Shown here in pieces: positions 25,698-32,000 of a DNA stretch of 32,000 nucleotides. The notes below the pieces were generated by a model. It was not told where the DNA came from, made no database searches, and saw only the letters and a list, made by a program, of their open reading frames with translations. A program made the position numbers and the translations under genes. Source of the DNA: an uncultured Iamiaceae bacterium (GTDB lineage Bacteria; Actinomycetota; Acidimicrobiia; Acidimicrobiales; Acidimicrobilacustridaceae); assembly GCA_963706425.1 (NCBI GenBank), contig CAVPMN010000020.1:361130-393129 (forward strand), read 5' to 3'. Position 1 is the first letter of the stretch. Each line of letters begins with the position of its first letter.

Positions 25698-26594
25698 GTG
25701 GCTGCAACCGACACCCTCGCTCCGGTGATCATCGAGGCGGCCATCAACGGCACGCGGAGCAAGGCCGACAACCCGAACGTCCCGGTATCGCCCGATGAGA
25801 TCGCGGCCGACGCGCTCGCCTGCTTCGATGCCGGTGCCACGATTGTGCACAACCACATCGATCGCTACAGCGTCTCCGACGATGAGGCCGCGGCGCGCTA
25901 CCTCGAAGGCTGGCAGAAGGTGTGGCGGGTTCGCCCGGCGGCGCTGGTCTACCCGACGGTCAACCCGACCATCGAGGGCGAGATCGGCTACGACCACCTC
26001 GGGGTGCTGGCCGGGAGCGGTCCGCTGCGGATGGGCCTGGCCGATCCGGGCTCGGTGAACCTCGGGCGGCTGTGGGAGGGGGTACCCGTGGGCGGGTTCG
26101 TCTATCGCAACAGCTTCGACACGCTGGCCCATGCGCTCGATATCTGCCGGCGCCACGGCCTCGGTCCGAGCCTCGCCATCTACGAGCCGGGGTTCCTGCG
26201 GGCTGCGCTGGCCTGGTGGCGGGCCGGGCGCCTGCCGCGCGGGTCGATGATCAAGCTCTACTTCTCCACCGAGCAGGGACTCACGGGCGCTCCGTTCGGG
26301 CTCCCGCCCACGCGGGCCTCGCTCGACGCCTACCTCGAGATGCTCGACGGCTGCCCCATCCCGTGGGCCGTCTCGCTCGCGGGGGGCGACCTGGTCGACT
26401 GCGAGGTCGCCCCGCTCGCCCTCGAGCGGGGCGGCCATCTCCATGTCGGCCTCGAGTTCTATGGCGGCGACCGCCGACCCACCAACGCCGAGCTCGTCGG
26501 CGAGGCAGTGGCACTGTGTCGGCGCATGAGGCGGCCAGTCGCCACCCACGAACAGACGATCGACCTGCTCGGCCTCCCGGACGTGGCGGAATGA
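25698..26594 (+). CDS. BKACE family enzyme (3-keto-5-aminohexanoate cleavage-like, DUF849)
   Basis: 298 aa. IIEAAINGTRSKADNPNVPVSPDEIAADALACFDAGATIVHNH matches the family N-terminal pattern. GTG 25698 lies 5 nt after the upstream stop. Confidence 0.7.
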   Translation: MAATDTLAPVIIEAAINGTRSKADNPNVPVSPDEIAADALACFDAGATIVHNHIDRYSVSDDEAAARYLEGWQKVWRVRPAALVYPTVNPTIEGEIGYDHLGVLAGSGPLRMGLADPGSVNLGRLWEGVPVGGFVYRNSFDTLAHALDICRRHGLGPSLAIYEPGFLRAALAWWRAGRLPRGSMIKLYFSTEQGLTGAPFGLPPTRASLDAYLEMLDGCPIPWAVSLAGGDLVDCEVAPLALERGGHLHVGLEFYGGDRRPTNAELVGEAVALCRRMRRPVATHEQTIDLLGLPDVAE

Positions 26595-26637
26595 CCCAGT
26601 GGCGGTCTTGGCCCGGCGGTAAGCCGGACGTCGGCGC

Positions 26638-28125
26638 TCAGCCCGTCGAGTCGGTGGAGTCGACCGAGCCGGCGGCTGCGCACCACTCGAGCTCGACCCG
26701 GCAGGCCACCACCCAGTCGTCGTCGACATAGGGGATGCGCCACGCAGGATCGGCCGCCAGCAACTGAGCCAGCGGCGTGTCGCGCTCCCACAGCACGGCC
26801 TCGGCCTCCCAACGGTCGAGCACCTCCGACCACCCTGGCTGGGCCCGATCGAGGGTGAGCAGGTCGTCGACCACGGGTTCGGGATACATGTCCACCCGAT
26901 CGTCGAAGAACACCGCCTGGTCGGTGCCGAAGACCAAGTGGAAGAAGTTGCCCACCCGTTCACGGGCCACGATGCGCGAGTCACGCCCGAGGGCCCCCTG
27001 CTGGTCGAGCCAGACGGTGGCGTCGACCGGATAGCGGCTGAGGTCCCAATGCTGCTCACCCAGCCGCACCGACGCCGTGAACACCATCACGAGGGCCACC
27101 GCCGCCACGCCGATCTTGGCGACCGGTCCCGACTCGTCGCCGGTGAGCCGGCCCACGCCGACCCAGCCGACCGCCATGCCCGGCACGAACACGATGCTGG
27201 CCACCGAGATGTTGCGGGTGCCGAGAAGCGCGGCGGCGAGGAAGATCACCAGCGGGATGGCGACGCGGTAGGAGGGCCGGCGCGCCACCAGGACGATGGC
27301 GACCATCGCCTGCACGAGGAACAGCCGGGTCCAGTTGGAGGAGAAGTCGGGAGACTGCCACTCGACGATCTCGCTGAGCGTCTCCTGGCGCCCCAACAGC
27401 TCCACCGGGAACGCCAGCGCTCGTAGACCGAGGGGCCCCACCACGCCGAGCAGCGTGCCGGCACCGGCCCACAGCAGGGTGCGCTGCTCGACCGAGGCGT
27501 CGCCCCCGTCGAGCCGTCGACCGATCAACAGGGCGGCGATCGCCACCAACCCGAGCGGGAACGATCCGTGCGAGTTCACCCACAGCCAGAACACGGGCAG
27601 CATCACGAGCGGCGACACTCTGCCCTCCGCGGCGAGCAACGCGATCGCCAGGAACAGCAGCCCGAAGAGGAACGGCCGCTGCGACCAGGCCACGCCACCG
27701 ACACCGAGCACGAACGCGCAGGTGATCAGGCGACCGATGAGCGTCTTGGCCGGCGCCGAGAGCAGCCACACCAGCCCGGCGACAGCCGCCGACACGGCGG
27801 CGGCGACCAACTGGATGGCCCCCGCTCCCCCGGCGCGCTCAGCGGTCGCGTAGATCAACGAGACCAGCCAGCTCTGCACGACCCACGGCTCGCCCGCAGC
27901 GGTGAACGAGTAGGGGTCCGAGCTCGGGAAGGTGCCGTCGAGGATCAGCCGGCCGGTGGCCAGGTGGGTGAACAGGCTGTTGTCGGACAGCCGGGCGAGG
28001 CCGATGACCCAGCCCCAGAGCACGAAGCCCCCACCGATGACGGTGGCGATGGTCGGCCACGGCCGACGGACACGCGGCGGCGTCTGCTCGTCAGCGACGT
28101 CGACGCCCGAGGCGGCAACCGACAC
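26638..28125 (-). CDS. Large polytopic membrane protein with C-terminal soluble domain (GT-C-like / Wzy-like architecture, function unknown)
   Basis: 495 aa. At least 10 hydrophobic helices in the first ~370 aa, then a hydrophilic ~120-aa tail. GTG 28125 lies 7 nt downstream of the tadC stop, so it appears to be part of the tad operon. Confidence 0.6.
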   Translation of the reverse strand: MSVAASGVDVADEQTPPRVRRPWPTIATVIGGGFVLWGWVIGLARLSDNSLFTHLATGRLILDGTFPSSDPYSFTAAGEPWVVQSWLVSLIYATAERAGGAGAIQLVAAAVSAAVAGLVWLLSAPAKTLIGRLITCAFVLGVGGVAWSQRPFLFGLLFLAIALLAAEGRVSPLVMLPVFWLWVNSHGSFPLGLVAIAALLIGRRLDGGDASVEQRTLLWAGAGTLLGVVGPLGLRALAFPVELLGRQETLSEIVEWQSPDFSSNWTRLFLVQAMVAIVLVARRPSYRVAIPLVIFLAAALLGTRNISVASIVFVPGMAVGWVGVGRLTGDESGPVAKIGVAAVALVMVFTASVRLGEQHWDLSRYPVDATVWLDQQGALGRDSRIVARERVGNFFHLVFGTDQAVFFDDRVDMYPEPVVDDLLTLDRAQPGWSEVLDRWEAEAVLWERDTPLAQLLAADPAWRIPYVDDDWVVACRVELEWCAAAGSVDSTDSTG

Positions 28126-28132
28126 GGGCTCG

Positions 28133-29065
28133 CTAGAACGCGTCGGCGATGTTGATCGCTGCCGGCCCGAGCACGATGACGAAGAGGGCCGGGAAGATGC
28201 AGAACACCATCGGGATCAGCATCTTCACGGGCGCCTTCTGGGCCCGTTCCTCGGCGAGCTGACGGCGCTTGATGCGCATCTCCTCGGCCTGGGAACGCAG
28301 CACCCGGCCGATCGACACACCGAAGGTGTCGGCCTGGAGGATGGCGAGCACGAACGACCGCACCTCGGGCACGTTCGTGCGCTGCTCGAGGGCACGCATG
28401 GCGTCGGCCCGAGAGGCGCCGGCGCGGGTCTCGCCCAGCATGCGGGCGAACTCCTCGGACATGGGGCCGGGCACCGCACCGATGACCCGGTCGAGCGCCT
28501 GCTCGAAACCGAGGCCCGCCTCGACGCTGATGGTGAGCAGGTCGAGGATGTCGGGCAGTGAGATCCGCAGCGCGTGCTGGCGTTCCTCGACCCGGCGGCT
28601 GAGCCGGGCGTCGGGCCCGACGAGCAGCGCGAAGGTGAGGAGCGCGAAGGCGGCGAACTGCGTGAGCCCCTCGAGCATCAGCGGGTTCCAGAGGTAGACG
28701 AAGATGAACACCAGCGGCACCAGCGCAACGGTGACCACCCGGATGGCGAGGAAGCGATCGACCGAATCGGCCGAGCCTTCGCCCGCATAGATGAACTTCT
28801 TGCGGATGTTGTCGACGTAGCCCGTCGGCGTGAACCGGCGACCGAGGTTGGTGAGCCCACCCACCACGGGCAGGATCGCCCGTTCGGTGATGGGCGCCAG
28901 CAGCTCCTGGTCGCGGACGTTCTCGACCTCGTAGCCGTCGAGTTGGCGCAACGAGTCGCGCACGACCGCCTTCTCGTTGACCTGGGAGAACACGGTGTAG
29001 ACGACGAGCGCGATCGCGCCGCCGAGCAGGAGAGCACCGAGCAGGAGGGTGAGTTCAGTAGTCAT
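28133..29065 (-). CDS. tadC: Tad pilus platform protein TadC (T2SS-F family)
   Basis: 310 aa. N-terminal TM, then a T2SSF domain (LPDILDLLTISVEAGLGFEQAL ... RQLAEERAQKAPVKMLIPMVF). ATG 29065 lies 2 nt after the tadB stop. Confidence 0.85.
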   Translation of the reverse strand: MTTELTLLLGALLLGGAIALVVYTVFSQVNEKAVVRDSLRQLDGYEVENVRDQELLAPITERAILPVVGGLTNLGRRFTPTGYVDNIRKKFIYAGEGSADSVDRFLAIRVVTVALVPLVFIFVYLWNPLMLEGLTQFAAFALLTFALLVGPDARLSRRVEERQHALRISLPDILDLLTISVEAGLGFEQALDRVIGAVPGPMSEEFARMLGETRAGASRADAMRALEQRTNVPEVRSFVLAILQADTFGVSIGRVLRSQAEEMRIKRRQLAEERAQKAPVKMLIPMVFCIFPALFVIVLGPAAINIADAF

Positions 29066-29067
29066 GG

Positions 29068-30006
29068 TCAGATCTCGATGTCGATGATTTTCTTCATCCA
29101 GTAGAAACCGATCAGCATCGAGATCACCGCGACGACCAGCAAGATGTTGCCGACGCCGGTCTCGAAGAGGCGACCGATGTACTCGGGGTTGAGCACGTAC
29201 ATGGCGAAGCCCAAGCCGATGGGCAAGATGCCGAGCACGAAGGCGGAGACCCGACCCTCAGCGGTGAGCGACGCCACATCGCGGCGCAGGCGCTCGCGAG
29301 CCGTCATGGTCTCGGCGACGGTCATCAGCAGCTCGGAGAGGTTGCCACCCACCTCGCGTTGGATGCGGATGGCCATGACCGCCCAGCCGAAGTCGGGGCT
29401 GTCCATGCGCTCGGCGGTGCCGTCCATGGCCTCTTCGAGCGGGCGCCCGAGCCGCGACTCGGTGACGACCCGGCGCAGCTCGAGGCCCATGGGCTCGTCG
29501 ACCTCCTGGGAGACCGCCTCGACGCCCTGCATGAGCGAGTAGCCGGCGCGCAGCGTGCCGGAGAGCAGCTGGAGCGTGTCGGGCAGCTGCGAGAGGAACT
29601 GCTTCTTGCGCCGGCTGGCGATGAAGCTGACCGCCGCGATCGGCACGAGCGCTCCGAGGCCGCCGATGATCAGTCCACCGATGAGCCCGCCGGTGAGGGC
29701 GATGCCGAGGATGGTGAGGACCACCACGGTGGCGGCGTAGAAGAACAGCGCCTCTGCGGCCCGCAGCGGGAGGTTGGCCCGCTCGAGCGCGTTCTCGGTG
29801 CGCCCGAGCAACCCTCGCTCGGCCGCCATCTGCTCGGTGATGGCCACGGCTCGCTGGATGAGCGGTGTGTCGACGAACGAGCCCGTGCCCTCTTCCTCGG
29901 CCTCGGGGGCGAGCTCGGAGTAGGGCTGGAGGACCGATGACAGCTGGTCGTCCTTCACGAACACCAGCGTGAGGCCGTAGGCGATGCCACCGGCCGCGAT
30001 GAGCAC
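29068..30006 (-). CDS. tadB: Tad pilus platform protein TadB (T2SS-F family); probably the C-terminal part of a longer vWA-TadB protein
   Basis: LPDTLQLLSGTLRAGYSLMQGVEAV ... RDVASLTAEGRVSAFVLGILP. The only candidate start, GTG 30006, has no SD and lies inside a hydrophobic helix that continues from the upstream ORF in another frame. Confidence 0.8.
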   Translation of the reverse strand: MLIAAGGIAYGLTLVFVKDDQLSSVLQPYSELAPEAEEEGTGSFVDTPLIQRAVAITEQMAAERGLLGRTENALERANLPLRAAEALFFYAATVVVLTILGIALTGGLIGGLIIGGLGALVPIAAVSFIASRRKKQFLSQLPDTLQLLSGTLRAGYSLMQGVEAVSQEVDEPMGLELRRVVTESRLGRPLEEAMDGTAERMDSPDFGWAVMAIRIQREVGGNLSELLMTVAETMTARERLRRDVASLTAEGRVSAFVLGILPIGLGFAMYVLNPEYIGRLFETGVGNILLVVAVISMLIGFYWMKKIIDIEI

Positions 30007-31018
30007 GAGCAGCGACGGTGATCAACAGGCCGAGGCTGCTCTGCAGGAAGCTGATGCCACCCGACGAGGTGGTGACCTCGGCGTGCAGCGCCGGCACACC
30101 CTCGGTGACGCTGCCGCTCACGGCGGCGGCGGTGTCGGTGAGCCCGCCGATGCTGAGCGAAAGGTCGGCGACCTCGCCGGCCGGGACGGTCGAGGGGTAG
30201 GTGACGATGTACTGCTGATCGGCCACGTTGGCGCCGATCTCGCTGACCAGCCCACCCATCTGGGGGCCGTCGTCGGTCTTGAGCACGACACCGCCGTTGG
30301 TGTCGACGAGCGCCTGGATACCTCGGCCGCTCAGGCCGGCACCGGTGTACTCGGCCGCGAACACCGCGGCACGGGCGTTGGTGACCGCGCCCCGGGCAGC
30401 CGACTCGTCGGCGCTGCGGACGTTGTCGGACTGCGCGGTGAGCACGGCGAGGTTGGCCTGGCCGTCGACATCGGCAAGGTCGTCGGCGGCGAGCCGCACG
30501 GTCGACCACAGCGCGGTGCGGGCCCGACCGGCCTCGGTGGTCGGCGGCGCTACCTGATCGATGGCGTTGAGGACACGTTCCTCGTTGAGCGTGAGCGCCT
30601 GCAGACGGGTGGCCGAGTCGCCCATCGAGTAGACGGCGAGCCGCATGGTCGCCTTCTGCTCGGCGGTGCGGTCCTGCACCCAGCGCTTGGCGGCGTCTTT
30701 GGCGGCCACGAGGGCGCCGGACGTGTCCATGGCGTCGGACGTGTCGAAGAGCAGCGCCAGGTTGATGTCCTCGGTGGCGCCGAGCAGGGCGGGATCGCCG
30801 GGATCGACCGCGTTGCCGTTCTCGGTGAGCTCGAGCGACCCGGGGTCGTCGGTGCCCGTGTAGAGGAACGAGATGCTGGTCTCCGCGGGATCGCTGCTGT
30901 CGACCGCGCGAGCGATGAGGGTGCCGTCTTCGCCCTCGCCCGCGGCTGCCCACACGCCCGGCAGGGTGAGCCCTGCGAGCGCCAGCAGCGCGACGACGGC
31001 GAGCTTCCAGCGGCGCAC
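30007..31018 (-). CDS. Secreted vWA-domain ectodomain (signal peptide + vWA-like + beta-rich region); frame breaks at ~30007-30021
   Basis: GTG 31018 overlaps the cpaF TAG by 1 nt. Signal peptide MRRWKLAVVALLALAGLTLPGVWA. vWA-like INLALLFDTSDAMDTSG. The last sensible residues, SSLGLLITV, begin a TM helix. The printed ORF then runs 750 nt out of frame over tadB as Arg/Pro-rich nonsense. Confidence 0.7.
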
Positions 31019-32000
31019 TAGCGGCTGACCGCCTTCTTGGCGAAGCCCTCGGGCTGGAAGACCTCTTGGCCGAGGCGGATGCCCAGGTCGGCGAGCTTCT
31101 CGGCGAACTTGGGCCGCACGCCGGTGGCCTTCAGATGGCCCTTGAAGCGGCCGTGCTCGTCGACACCCATGCCGTAGTCGAACAAGAACACGTCCTGCAG
31201 GGTGATGACATCGCCCTCCATGCCCTGCACCTCGGTGATGTGCGTGATGCGACGGGTGCCGTCACGCAGTCGGGAGAGGTGCACGATGCAGTCGAGGGCA
31301 GAGGCCATCTGCTCACGGATGGCCCGCACCGGCAGATCGAAGCCGGCCATGAGCACGAGGGTCTCGAGGCGGGCCAGCGTGTCGCGCGGGCTGTTGGAGT
31401 GCACGGTCGTGAGCGAGCCGTCGTGGCCGGTGTTCATGGCCTGGAGCATGTCGAGGGCCTCGCCGGAGCGGCACTCGCCGACCACGATGCGGTCGGGCCG
31501 CATGCGGAGGCAGTTCTTGACCAGATCGCGGATGGTGACCTCGCCCCGGCCTTCGATGTTCGGCGGACGAGCCTCCATCGAGAGCACGTGGTCCTGGTGG
31601 AGCTGGAGCTCCTTGGCGTCCTCGACCGTGACGATGCGCTCGTCGGACGGGATGAACGACGACAACACGTTGAGGGTGGTGGTCTTGCCGGTGCCGGTAC
31701 CGCCCGAGACGATGCAGTTCAGGCGACCCACGACGCAGGCCTGGAGGAACCGGGCCGAGTGGGCGTTGAGGGTGCCGAAGCGGATCAGGTCGTCGACCTG
31801 CAGCTTCTCCTTCGCGAACTTCCGGATGGTGAGGAACGGGCCGCCGATGGCGAGGGGGTGCACGACGGCGTTGACCCGGGAGCCGTCGGGCAGGCGGGCG
31901 TCGCACAGCGGGTTCGACTCGTCGATGCGCCGACCGACCTCGCCGACGATCTTGTCGATGATGCGGCGCAGGTGCGTCTCGTCGACGAAGGTGGCCGACG
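31018..32000 (-). CDS. tadA: Tad pilus secretion ATPase CpaF/TadA, C-terminal part (5' end outside window)
   Basis: Frame is open to nt 31998. RLPDGSRVNAVVHPLAIGGPFLTIRKF, Walker A GGTGTGKTT, IVTVEDAKELQL, IVVGECRSGEALDMLQAMNTGHDGSLTTVHSN. Confidence 0.9.
   Translation of the reverse strand, partial: SATFVDETHLRRIIDKIVGEVGRRIDESNPLCDARLPDGSRVNAVVHPLAIGGPFLTIRKFAKEKLQVDDLIRFGTLNAHSARFLQACVVGRLNCIVSGGTGTGKTTTLNVLSSFIPSDERIVTVEDAKELQLHQDHVLSMEARPPNIEGRGEVTIRDLVKNCLRMRPDRIVVGECRSGEALDMLQAMNTGHDGSLTTVHSNSPRDTLARLETLVLMAGFDLPVRAIREQMASALDCIVHLSRLRDGTRRITHITEVQGMEGDVITLQDVFLFDYGMGVDEHGRFKGHLKATGVRPKFAEKLADLGIRLGQEVFQPEGFAKKAVSR

Noticed and set aside
1-32000. Search for CRISPR arrays, IS elements or transposases, integrases, prophage genes, rRNA/tRNA genes and defence-system signatures
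   Set aside because: No spaced direct repeats, no transposase, integrase or recombinase-like translations, and no structural RNA signatures were recognised. The window looks like core or metabolic chromosome rather than a mobile island.

Overview
Very GC-rich, actinobacterial-type chromosomal window (GC not computed). Supporting cues are a mycothiol-type TIGR03086/DinB-like protein, a Flp/Tad pilus and WS/DGAT paralogs. It is densely coding, and I recognised no rRNA, tRNA, CRISPR array, transposase or integrase. Gene order: (1) 3'-part of a GAF/HisKA_3 sensor kinase plus a NarL/LuxR response regulator, followed by two tandem Flp pilin genes separated by a strong hairpin. (2) A neutral-lipid block: alpha/beta hydrolase, two divergently transcribed WS/DGAT acyltransferases, and an acyl-CoA synthetase overlapping a beta-lactamase-fold esterase. 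(3) An ~8 kb minus-strand unit with no intergenic gaps. It encodes a group-3b-type (sulfhydrogenase-like, beta-gamma-delta-alpha) [NiFe] hydrogenase with a stand-alone cyclic-nucleotide-binding-domain protein inserted between beta and gamma. Downstream come the maturation endopeptidase, a HypC-like module, a DMT/EamA transporter, a hypothetical protein with a HypC-like C-terminus, and RNase Z. Six of its nine junctions are 4-nt ATGA/GTGA overlaps; two are longer overlaps and the HypC/DMT junction is in-frame with no stop. (4) A CrtI-family flavoprotein. (5) A plus-strand block: an alpha/beta-hydrolase fused in frame to endonuclease V, a homolog of archaeal cyclic 2,3-diphosphoglycerate synthetase (COG2403), an enoyl-CoA hydratase, a third WS/DGAT and a BKACE/DUF849 enzyme. 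(6) The distal part of a tad pilus operon (cpaF/tadA partial, a secreted vWA ectodomain, tadB, tadC and a large polytopic membrane protein). Main anomalies: two loci (hydrogenase beta subunit, vWA/TadB) give a coherent protein only if a +1 frame correction is applied, and a third (HypC-like/DMT) reads either as an in-frame fusion or as the same kind of +1 shift. The EndoV domain lacks its first catalytic Asp. The cNMP-domain cistron sits inside the hydrogenase structural genes. All family assignments rest on motif recognition by eye, not on database searches.
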